Part shown: positions 9,803 through 17,728 of the stretch, one piece after another
Numbering within the stretch: position 1 is the first letter of the stretch
Layout of the letters: every line of letters begins with the position of its first letter
Assembly (NCBI GenBank): GCA_043756425.1
Contig: JAYURB010000093.1
Span: forward strand, 1-31,131
Length of the DNA: 31,131 nucleotides
Direction: 5' to 3'
Source of the DNA: Bacteroidota bacterium
GTDB lineage: Bacteria; Bacteroidota; Bacteroidia; AKYH767-A; 2013-40CM-41-45
Made by a program: the position numbers and the translations under genes
Notes under the pieces: model-generated
What the model was told of the DNA's origin: nothing
The model's input: only the letters and a program-made list of their open reading frames with translations
The model's database searches: none

Positions 9803-10047
9803 TGCTGGGCGAAGTCTTAAGCGCGAAGTAAGAATATAAATAATAGCTCTGCAATTAACTCGAGCGCGTGACTTCGTCCACTACGGAGCGCGGGATTTAA
9901 TTATGTACATTTTCCCGAGCTAGTGATAATAGACGAATAAAATTCGTTAAAACTTTAAATGCCGCGTCGTGGACGAAGTCACGCGCTCAATCTGATAGTA
10001 GTACAATTAATAAAGATTCCGTTTCGCGCTTAAGACTTCGCCCAGCA
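9803..10047. repeat. 245-bp nested inverted-repeat element (REP/REPIN-like, MITE-like or structured RNA)
   Basis: Perfect 25-bp IR (9803-9827 / 10023-10047) encloses a perfect 20-bp IR (9862-9881 / 9969-9988). Both intervening spacers are exactly 34 bp. All four arms share the core TGGRCGAAGTC. The class of element is inferred. Confidence 0.85.
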
Positions 10048-10054
10048 GAGCTAG

Positions 10055-10085
10055 TGCGATAGCTACCGATCCGATAGCTATCGCA
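10055..10085. repeat. Palindromic hairpin of the same GATAGCTATC family just after the maeB stop (possible terminator or REP)
   Basis: TGCGATAGCTA (10055-10065) pairs with TAGCTATCGCA (10075-10085); no strong U tract. Confidence 0.7.
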
Positions 10086-10090
10086 TTACC

Positions 10091-12361
10091 CTAACTATTC
10101 TTCCTCGACTGCGCATCCACCACAGCAATGGTAACCATGTTAACAATTTCACGAACGGAACTGCCCAGTTGTAAAACGTGAACGGGTTTTCGCATGCCTA
10201 ACAATACCGGTCCGATGGCTTCTGCTGCGCCCATTTCCTGAATGAGTTTATAGGCAATGTTGCCCGATTCCAGGTTCGGAAAAATGAGGGTGTTGGCACC
10301 TTCATTGGCGAATTCACAAAAAGGAAAATTATCTGAAAGCAGAGAAGGGTTGAGTGCAAAATTTGCCTGCATTTCACCGTCGACCATCATGCCGGGATAT
10401 TTTTGATGAAGAATTGCTACAGCATCTCTTACCTTTTGCGCTTCCGGATCATTTGATGAACCGAAATTGGAATATGAAAGCAAAGCAATACGCGGACGAA
10501 CATTAAACTGCTGAACGGCCCAGGCAGTAAGCACTGTAATTTCGGCCAAATCATTTGCAGAAGGATTTACATTTACGGTTGTATCGGCAAAAAAGATAGG
10601 TCCTTTTTTGGTTATCATAATATACATTCCGGCGACTTTTTTAACGTCATCCTGCGTGCCGATAATCTGTAAAGCCGGACGAATGGTATCGCTGTATTTT
10701 CTTGTAAGACCGGAAATCATGGCATCGGCTTCACCAATATCAACCATCATGGCGCCGTAATAATTACGCTCGTTCATGATTTTTTTTGCTTCATAAAGAG
10801 TGAAGCCGCGTCGTTTTCTTTTTTTGAAAAACAGTTCACCGAAGAACAAACGTTTTTCTTCTTCCTGTCTTGGATCAATAATGGGAGTATCTCCTAAATC
10901 GAGATTGTTTTCCTGAATGAGACCGGCAATTTTTTCTTTATTACCCAATAATATAGGGCGGGCAATACCTTCGTCGCGCACGATTTGCGCGGCTTTAAGG
11001 ATTTTATAATTATCGGCTTCCGTAAAGACAATGCGTTGAGGATTTTGTTTAGCCTTGCTTGTAACGACACGAATTAACTTATTGTCGAGTCCGAGACGTT
11101 TACGAAGTTCATCAACATAATTTGGCCAATTGTTGATTTTAACTTGCGCCACACCTGAATCAATTGCAGCTTTGGCAACAGCAGGGGCAACGGTGCTTAT
11201 TAAACGCGGATCAAGAGGTTTCGGAATAATATAATCGTAGCCGAATACAATGTTCTTGGCATTGTAAGCAATGTTAACGATTTCGGGAACAGGTTCTTTT
11301 GCAAGATCAGCAATGGCGCGCACGGCAGCCAGTTTCATGGCTTCATTAATCTGTGTTGCTCTTACATCTAGGGCGCCTCTGAAAATAAAAGGAAAACCAA
11401 GGACGTTGTTAACCTGGTTAGGGAAATCGGAACGGCCGGTTGCTATGATAATATCCTCGCGGACACTTCTGGCATCGTTGTAAGAGATTTCAGGATCAGG
11501 ATTTGCAAGTGCAAAAACAATAGCATTTTTAGCCATGGATCTAACCATGTCTTTTGAAACAACATTCCCTTTGGAAAGTCCGAGCAGAACGTCGGCTCCT
11601 TTCAAAGCTTCTTCCAGTGTATGAACTTTTTTTCGGGTAGCAAAAAATATTTTATTCTCATCCAGATCGGTGCGGTCAACATGCAGAACGCCCGTGCTGT
11701 CGACCATGACGATGTTTTCTTTTTTAGCCCCGAGAGAAATATAAAGTTTAGCACAGGAAATTGCTGAAGCACCTGCACCACTAACGACAATTAAAACTTT
11801 TTCAATTTTTTTTCCGGTAAGCTCGAGAGCATTTAGCAAAGCCGCTCCTGAAATGATTGCAGTTCCATGCTGATCGTCGTGCATGATAGGAATGCGTAAT
11901 TCTTCTTTCAGTCTTCTTTCAATTTCAAAACATTCAGGAGCTTTAATATCTTCCAGATTAATGCCTCCAAAAGTTGGAGAAATGGCTTTAACAGTCTGAA
12001 CAAATTTTTCTACATCTGTTTCTGCGATTTCAATATCAAAGACATCGATATCTGCAAAAATTTTAAACAGAAGACCTTTCCCTTCCATTACCGGTTTGGA
12101 TGCTTCGGGACCAATGTTGCCAAGCCCCAATACGGCTGTGCCATTGGATATTACTGCAACCAGGTTTCCTTTTGCAGTATATTTATAAACATCATCGGGG
12201 TTATCTGCAATTGCCAGGCACGGTTCGGCCACACCCGGCGAGTAAGCCAATGAAAGGTCGCGTTGAGAGCTGTATGGTTTCGATGGAATTACTTCAATCT
12301 TGCCCGGTCTACCTTGAGAATGATAGTCTAAGGCTTCCTGATTTTTCTTTTCTTTTTTCAT
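10091..12361 (-). CDS. maeB: NADP-dependent malic enzyme with C-terminal phosphotransacetylase-like domain
   Basis: [54 protein letters not shown]; PTA-like C-terminus [29 protein letters not shown]; 756 aa. Confidence 0.97.
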   Translation of the reverse strand: MKKEKKNQEALDYHSQGRPGKIEVIPSKPYSSQRDLSLAYSPGVAEPCLAIADNPDDVYKYTAKGNLVAVISNGTAVLGLGNIGPEASKPVMEGKGLLFKIFADIDVFDIEIAETDVEKFVQTVKAISPTFGGINLEDIKAPECFEIERRLKEELRIPIMHDDQHGTAIISGAALLNALELTGKKIEKVLIVVSGAGASAISCAKLYISLGAKKENIVMVDSTGVLHVDRTDLDENKIFFATRKKVHTLEEALKGADVLLGLSKGNVVSKDMVRSMAKNAIVFALANPDPEISYNDARSVREDIIIATGRSDFPNQVNNVLGFPFIFRGALDVRATQINEAMKLAAVRAIADLAKEPVPEIVNIAYNAKNIVFGYDYIIPKPLDPRLISTVAPAVAKAAIDSGVAQVKINNWPNYVDELRKRLGLDNKLIRVVTSKAKQNPQRIVFTEADNYKILKAAQIVRDEGIARPILLGNKEKIAGLIQENNLDLGDTPIIDPRQEEEKRLFFGELFFKKRKRRGFTLYEAKKIMNERNYYGAMMVDIGEADAMISGLTRKYSDTIRPALQIIGTQDDVKKVAGMYIMITKKGPIFFADTTVNVNPSANDLAEITVLTAWAVQQFNVRPRIALLSYSNFGSSNDPEAQKVRDAVAILHQKYPGMMVDGEMQANFALNPSLLSDNFPFCEFANEGANTLIFPNLESGNIAYKLIQEMGAAEAIGPVLLGMRKPVHVLQLGSSVREIVNMVTIAVVDAQSRKNS

Positions 12362-12380
12362 TCCTGATTTTTAGGGGCAG

Positions 12381-12388
12381 CAAATCTA
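12381..12388 (-). promoter_or_regulatory. Bacteroidota -7 promoter element for maeB
   Basis: Exact TAGATTTG (TAnnTTTG) on the minus strand, 19 bp upstream of the ATG. Confidence 0.6.
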
Positions 12389-12393
12389 CAAAT

Positions 12394-12423
12394 AAAAAAA
12401 GCATCGAAATATTTCGATGCTTT
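12394..12423 (-). terminator. Intrinsic terminator after the small T9SS cargo gene
   Basis: Perfect 26-bp palindrome AAAGCATCGAAATATTTCGATGCTTT (12398-12423); the A7 run at 12394-12400 gives a U tract on the minus strand. Confidence 0.8.
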
Positions 12424-12445
12424 CCATATAATTTAATGCAATTAA

Positions 12446-13147
12446 TTAGCGGTGTGCTACAATGAGTTTTCTGGTAGAAACAAGTTTCCCGTCAGCAACA
12501 ATTGAATAAAAGTAAATTCCTGAATTTAATTGAGAAGTTGGAATTATAAGAGTTTCCTGTCTTTCGGTTAATTTAAATTCATTCAGTTTTGATCCTAAAA
12601 TATTATACAATACAAAGCTACCATTTTTAACGGATTTCAAGTCGTAAGAAATGCTAGTTAAATTATTGGCCGGATTAGGAGAGGGATTAGAAAGTGAAAC
12701 TGAATTTGAAAGTTCATTAATACCAATTGAAATGTCGTATGTGAAAGAAACATTTATTCCATCGTTCGGATCAATCGTATTAAAGAAATAATAATCAATA
12801 ACTGAAATACCTGTGTGACCGGCGGGCTCCAGATAACCGATAAAAGTTTTATTGGTATCACCGGGTGCAATATTAACCGCATTTGAAGAAACAGCTACCG
12901 TTGGAGGGTAGCAGTTTATACCCCAGCAGAAATAGGAAATATGACCGTTTGTAGCACCAGAATTGTCCTGAGCAATTTTAACAGACAACGTATCTAAACC
13001 AATATTTAAAATTTTAACATGGGTGTTTTTAAGAGTAGTATCACCATATATATATCCTGTTGCATCATGAGATTCAAGATTAGTTTGCGCAAATGACAAA
13101 AGCGGAAGGGTAAATACGAATAATAATAAAGTAGCTGTTTTTCTCAT
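12446..13147 (-). CDS. Small T9SS type A cargo protein (signal peptide, Ig-like domain with CWGINC, C-terminal sorting domain); PorA-like architecture
   Basis: Signal peptide MRKTATLLLFVFTLPLLSFA from ATG 13147, preferred over 13237. CTD: PSPNPANN...LYNILGSKL...LNSGIYFYSI...TRKLIV. 233 aa. Confidence 0.85.
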   Translation of the reverse strand: MRKTATLLLFVFTLPLLSFAQTNLESHDATGYIYGDTTLKNTHVKILNIGLDTLSVKIAQDNSGATNGHISYFCWGINCYPPTVAVSSNAVNIAPGDTNKTFIGYLEPAGHTGISVIDYYFFNTIDPNDGINVSFTYDISIGINELSNSVSLSNPSPNPANNLTSISYDLKSVKNGSFVLYNILGSKLNEFKLTERQETLIIPTSQLNSGIYFYSIVADGKLVSTRKLIVAHR

Positions 13148-13174
13148 TTTATCTGATTTTAATTGTACAATGAG

Positions 13175-13206
13175 CAAATATAAGGAGTTTTTTGGTATTT
13201 TTACAA
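13175..13206 (-). promoter_or_regulatory. Promoter for the small T9SS cargo gene
   Basis: Minus strand TTG (13206-13204), 21 nt, then exact TATATTTG (13182-13175). Confidence 0.65.
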
Positions 13207-13229
13207 TTATTGGTCGACAAATGTTAATA

Positions 13230-13260
13230 TTGCGCAATTCATTTAATAATTCTATATTAG
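13230..13260 (+). promoter_or_regulatory. Divergent promoter for the Omp28-domain T9SS gene
   Basis: TTG (13230-13232), 20 nt, then TATATTAG (13253-13260), one mismatch from TAnnTTTG. Confidence 0.45.
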
Positions 13261-13308
13261 CCTCCCATTTATTTTAACCGCTATCACCTAGCCAAACTCC
13301 CAAAACAA

Positions 13309-15429
13309 ATGATAAAAAAAATTACTCTACTATTCGCTATATTAGCGATGAATATTGTTGCAAATGCACAATATTCCTATGTCAAACAAACTTGTAACAA
13401 TATGAATCCCGGAAACCTGAATAATGACTATGAAGGTTTGGCGCTGGTTCAGCAAGGTTGGAATGTTCTTAGGGGAGGCTCTTCAATTCCCGTTTGGACA
13501 GCACCATCAACTATTCCTTTTGGGTTTAACTTTAACGGCAATACATATACCTCTTATAAAGTTTCAACAACCGGTATTGTGACTTTTGATCTGGCAGTAA
13601 CAGCTGTTCCTGATTCCAATAATGTTACTATTCCTTCATCAAAAATTCCTAATAATTCTATTTGTATTTGGGGAATTACAGGCCGGCCGGGCGCTTGGTA
13701 CGATTCTATTGCAGTAAAAACTTTTGGAACAGCTCCAAACAGACAACATTGGATATGGTTTGCTTCTTTTTCAAAAGCAGGTATTGGTGCTTCAAATAAT
13801 ACATATTGGTCTATTGTGCTTGAAGAATCAACTAACAATATTTACATTGTAGATCAACGCACAGCTCCAACAGGGGGACTAACCTTAACGCTCGGTGTTC
13901 AGATTGATTCTCTTACTGCATATTCAGTTTCAGGCTCTCCAAATATTGCTTCGGGTGTAATTACATCCACTACTAATGTTACTGATCCAAGTGATAATAT
14001 TTATTATCAATTTAATACTTCATTAAGGGGTTATGATGTAAGACCTAAAACGCTGTCTTTGAAAGGTGCTTTTCCGTATAAAAGTTTAATTGCCGGACCA
14101 CTTGCAATTAGTGGAGCCATGACTAATCTTGGAAGCCAGGATATAACATCAATGATTCTTAATTATTCAGTAGATGGGGCTGCTACAGTATCAACCCTTC
14201 CACTTACGGTTACTTTTCAGTCAGGGAAATGTTATAATTATAGCCATACTCAACCATGGACTCCTATAGGATCCGGCTGGCATAACATTAAATTATGGGC
14301 ATCTGATTTAAATGGAAATCAGGATGAGGATCATTCTAACGATACACTATATGCAAAAATTTATGTGTACGATGCTGTTCCTGCTGAACATAATGTAGTA
14401 ATTGAAGAGCAAACAGGCACATGGTGTGGCTGGTGCCCACGCGGCACAGTTTATATGGATTCTATTTCAAAGGTTCATCCTAATACTACTGTGTTAATAG
14501 CAGTTCATGGTGGATATGCTCAGGAACCGATGCGCGTTGCAAATTATGATGACAGTCTTGGTATATTAAATAGCAGCGCTCCGAATCTTTTTATTGATCG
14601 CTTTGTTCAGGATGATCCTTCAGCAATATTTACCCAATATAATAGTCACATTAATGATTTTGGTTTAGGTGACGTTGCACTATCGGTAAATTATAACAGC
14701 GCAACAAGTTCAAGTACCGTTAGCACAACTATTACTTCTGCCGTTACCATCGATGGTGATTTCAGAGTTGCTTGTGTATATACTGAAGATGGTGTTACAG
14801 GAACAGGTGATGGTACTGACGTTAATGTTTGGGATTATGATCAGGCAAACTATTACTCCGCAGGCACTAATCCTTTAGTAGGTGCAGGTCGTGATTGGGT
14901 AGCTGCTACAGATCCGGTTAGTGCAAATATTATGGTTTATGATTTTGTTGCCAGAAAAATACAAGGAGATTACTTGGGCCAACCGGGAAGTTTACCTGCT
15001 ACTTTAACTGCAGGTATGACTTACAACTATACATTCCCTTCTTGGACCATACCATCAACCTACAATGCTTCCAAAATGAAAGCTCACGTATTATTAATTG
15101 ATGCTGCAAATAGTATTATTATGAATGGAAGAAGTATGCCTGTAGTTTCAACCGGTATTAATCAGGTGGCAAAAGGAATTTACTCTTTATCTGTATTCCC
15201 TAATCCTGCACAAAATCAATTGTCTGTTGACCTAAACTTTAAGGACAATGAAAAAGCTACTTTGGCAATTACCGATATGTTAGGAAAAGTTTGTTATGCT
15301 CAGGATCTGGGTACATTAATTTCAGGTACACATCGAATTACTGTTGACATCAGCAAATTTACTTCCGGAACATATTTTGTTACCTTAAACGGTACCAAGG
15401 GAAATGCTACAACTAAATTTGTTAAATAA
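13309..15429 (+). CDS. T9SS-secreted multidomain protein with an Omp28 (thioredoxin-like CxxC) domain
   Basis: Signal peptide; N-terminal beta domain; CARDB/Ig-like segment; Omp28 motif VVIEEQTGTWCGWCPRG, IAVHGG, YTEDG, VYDFVAR; CTD VFPNPAQN...ITDMLGK...SGTYFVTL...KFVK. Confidence 0.88.
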   Translation: MIKKITLLFAILAMNIVANAQYSYVKQTCNNMNPGNLNNDYEGLALVQQGWNVLRGGSSIPVWTAPSTIPFGFNFNGNTYTSYKVSTTGIVTFDLAVTAVPDSNNVTIPSSKIPNNSICIWGITGRPGAWYDSIAVKTFGTAPNRQHWIWFASFSKAGIGASNNTYWSIVLEESTNNIYIVDQRTAPTGGLTLTLGVQIDSLTAYSVSGSPNIASGVITSTTNVTDPSDNIYYQFNTSLRGYDVRPKTLSLKGAFPYKSLIAGPLAISGAMTNLGSQDITSMILNYSVDGAATVSTLPLTVTFQSGKCYNYSHTQPWTPIGSGWHNIKLWASDLNGNQDEDHSNDTLYAKIYVYDAVPAEHNVVIEEQTGTWCGWCPRGTVYMDSISKVHPNTTVLIAVHGGYAQEPMRVANYDDSLGILNSSAPNLFIDRFVQDDPSAIFTQYNSHINDFGLGDVALSVNYNSATSSSTVSTTITSAVTIDGDFRVACVYTEDGVTGTGDGTDVNVWDYDQANYYSAGTNPLVGAGRDWVAATDPVSANIMVYDFVARKIQGDYLGQPGSLPATLTAGMTYNYTFPSWTIPSTYNASKMKAHVLLIDAANSIIMNGRSMPVVSTGINQVAKGIYSLSVFPNPAQNQLSVDLNFKDNEKATLAITDMLGKVCYAQDLGTLISGTHRITVDISKFTSGTYFVTLNGTKGNATTKFVK

Positions 15430-15451
15430 TTTTTTAATTCAATAAAACCGG

Positions 15452-15494
15452 ATAAGGAACTGTTTCAATTCTTGAAGCAGTTCCTTATTTTTTT
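15452..15494 (+). terminator. Intrinsic terminator after the Omp28-T9SS gene
   Basis: ATAAGGAACTG-T-TTCAA, loop TTC, TTGAA-G-CAGTTCCTTAT (17-bp stem with one G-U pair), with a T run through 15494. Confidence 0.85.
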
Positions 15495-15521
15495 AGTTTA
15501 ATGTTTTAAATAAAAACCAAA

Positions 15522-16034
15522 ATGAAAATGAAAAGGATTTTATTCTTATTGACATTCGTTATTATTTCTTTCTGTTCAATCGGTCAGGAAGCACCACCGG
15601 TCAGGTTAATTCCTTCCGCTACTGTTACCACATTAGCCGGAGAAAATTTTAACACATCACAATTTAGCAACGAAGGAAAGGTTATGGTAATTGACTTCTG
15701 GGCAACATGGTGTAAGCCTTGCATTGAAGAATTAAGTGCTCTTCATGAGAGGTATGCGGACTGGCAAAAGGAAACAGGTGTAAAAATCATCACTATTTCT
15801 ATTGATGATGCACGAACTATGGCACGTGTTGCTCCATTTGTTAATGGCAAAGGATGGGCATTTGAACAATATCTGGATCCAAATTCAGACTTTAAACGTG
15901 CCATGAATGTAAACATGCCTCCTCAGACTTTTGTAATTAATGGCAAAGGAGAAATTGTATGGCAGCATGTTGGCTATGAGCAGGGCAATGAAGAAGAACT
16001 GTATCAGGCAATAAAAAACAATATGTCAAAATAA
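15522..16034 (+). CDS. Exported TlpA-like thiol-disulfide reductase
   Basis: Signal peptide; VIDFWATWCKPC active site, IITISIDD, YLDPN, cis-Pro loop NMPPQTFVING. The start could be 15528. Confidence 0.93.
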   Translation: MKMKRILFLLTFVIISFCSIGQEAPPVRLIPSATVTTLAGENFNTSQFSNEGKVMVIDFWATWCKPCIEELSALHERYADWQKETGVKIITISIDDARTMARVAPFVNGKGWAFEQYLDPNSDFKRAMNVNMPPQTFVINGKGEIVWQHVGYEQGNEEELYQAIKNNMSK

Positions 16035-16061
16035 TTTTAATAGGAATTATAAATAACATTT

Positions 16062-17714
16062 ATGCTGATAGATTTGAATCTGGCAAGTAGAACTATTTTA
16101 AAAATAGTTCTACTTTTAACCGGAATAGGATACACTTTTTCAGTAAACGGACAGTATAATACAGGCAGTATACACGGTAATTTTGAACTTAATGCCCAGT
16201 ACTATATCGCTGATTCAGCTATTGGAACAAAAGATGTCCCTGAAAAGTTATTGACCAACGGTTTTGCTAATTTCGTTTATTCTAAGGATAATTTCTCTGC
16301 GGGATTGCGTTACGAAAGTTATTTGAATCCTTTACTTGGATTTGATCCCCGTTACAAAGGATCCGGCATACCCTTTCGATACCTTACCTATACCAATAAG
16401 GAACTCGAAGTAACGGTAGGAAACTATTATGAACAGTTTGGCAGCGGACTAGTTTTCAGAAGTTATGAAGAAAGAGGATTGGGACTTGACAATGCCATGG
16501 AAGGATTGAGAATTCATTACAAACCGTATCAGGGTATATTGGTAAAAGCCTTCATTGGAAATCAACGCGACTTTTTTTCCAAGGGAGAAGGAATTGTACG
16601 CGGAGGAGATCTTGAATTAAACTTAAACGAATTGTTTACATCGTGGGGGACAAAAAAAACCAAATGGATTTTAGGAGGTAATTTTGTAAGCAAGTATCAG
16701 GATGATCAGAATCCTACCTACATACTTCCCAAAAATGTTGGCGCAGGTTCAGGCAGAATTAATGTCATTCGCGGTAATGTAAATGTAAGCGGAGAATATG
16801 CTTATAAAATTAACGATCCATCTGCTGATAATAGCTATATTTTTAAATCCGGTTCGGCCGCTTTGCTTAACATTGCATATTCCCAAAAAGGGTTTGGCGC
16901 ATCCTTAGGGGCTAAAAGAATTGATAACATGAGTTTTCGTTCAGACAGAACTGCAAGGCAAACCAGTTTAATGATTAACTATCTTCCTGCAATGACTCGT
17001 CAGCACACCTATATTCTTCCTGCAATTTATCCTTATGCTACACAGCCTAACGGAGAATTTGCTTATCAGGGTGAAGTGTTTTTTAATTTGAAATCGGGGA
17101 GCATATTAGGTGGAACATATGGCACGGATGTAACATTGAATTACTCCAAGGCAATGGATATTGATAAAGCAACAACCGGAGACGACCTTGGATATAAATC
17201 GGATTTTCTGAAAACCGGTGATGAAATATTCTTCGAGGATATCAATGTTGAATTCACCCGTAAACTTAGCAAGAAAGTAAAGTTGTCGTTAATGCTTATC
17301 TACCTTGATTACAACAAAGGGGTTATTCAAATTGCAGGAAGTGGCGCGGGACACGTTTACAGCACTACAGCTATTGCAGAGATTCATTGGAAACTATCTT
17401 CAAAGAATGCTATTCGAACTGAGTTACAACACCTCTTAACTAAACAGGACCAGCAAAATTGGGGCTTACTGCTTTTTGAATATACCATGGCTCCGCATTG
17501 GTTTGTTGCTGGCTTTGATGAATACAATTATGGAAATGATATTTCTGAAAACAGGCTTCATTATTATTCCGCAAGTTTTGGCTACACTAAAAATTCAAAT
17601 CGTATCTCCATTGGATACGGCCGTCAGCGGGCAGGAATTTTCTGCATTGGCGGTGTTTGTCGGAATGTTCCTGCTTCCACCGGTTTTAGTATGTCAATCA
17701 CCAGTAGCTTTTAA
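16062..17714 (+). CDS. DUF6029-like outer-membrane beta-barrel protein
   Basis: Signal peptide; amphipathic strands; GNYYEQFGSGLVFRSYEER motif; C-terminal GYGRQRAGIFCIGGVCRNVPAS...F ending in Phe. The family name is from recall of this motif pattern. Confidence 0.8.
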   Translation: MLIDLNLASRTILKIVLLLTGIGYTFSVNGQYNTGSIHGNFELNAQYYIADSAIGTKDVPEKLLTNGFANFVYSKDNFSAGLRYESYLNPLLGFDPRYKGSGIPFRYLTYTNKELEVTVGNYYEQFGSGLVFRSYEERGLGLDNAMEGLRIHYKPYQGILVKAFIGNQRDFFSKGEGIVRGGDLELNLNELFTSWGTKKTKWILGGNFVSKYQDDQNPTYILPKNVGAGSGRINVIRGNVNVSGEYAYKINDPSADNSYIFKSGSAALLNIAYSQKGFGASLGAKRIDNMSFRSDRTARQTSLMINYLPAMTRQHTYILPAIYPYATQPNGEFAYQGEVFFNLKSGSILGGTYGTDVTLNYSKAMDIDKATTGDDLGYKSDFLKTGDEIFFEDINVEFTRKLSKKVKLSLMLIYLDYNKGVIQIAGSGAGHVYSTTAIAEIHWKLSSKNAIRTELQHLLTKQDQQNWGLLLFEYTMAPHWFVAGFDEYNYGNDISENRLHYYSASFGYTKNSNRISIGYGRQRAGIFCIGGVCRNVPASTGFSMSITSSF

Positions 17715-17728
17715 TAAATCGAAACTAA

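Noticed and set aside
9960-10030. Hammerhead ribozyme (GGACGAA, CTGATAG, reverse-strand CGAAAC)
   Set aside because: No CUGANGA core on either strand, and the partial motifs lie on opposite strands.
9730-10085. CRISPR array
   Set aside because: Repeats alternate in orientation, only four arms exist, spacing is 34/87/34 bp, and no cas genes are present.
13148-13237. 30-aa N-terminal extension of the small T9SS cargo in the ORF track
   Set aside because: It would precede a clear signal peptide and overlap an exact TATATTTG promoter element.
13148-13308. Switch of coding strand as a sign of an origin or terminus
   Set aside because: Explained by a simple divergent promoter pair; the window is too short to assess skew.
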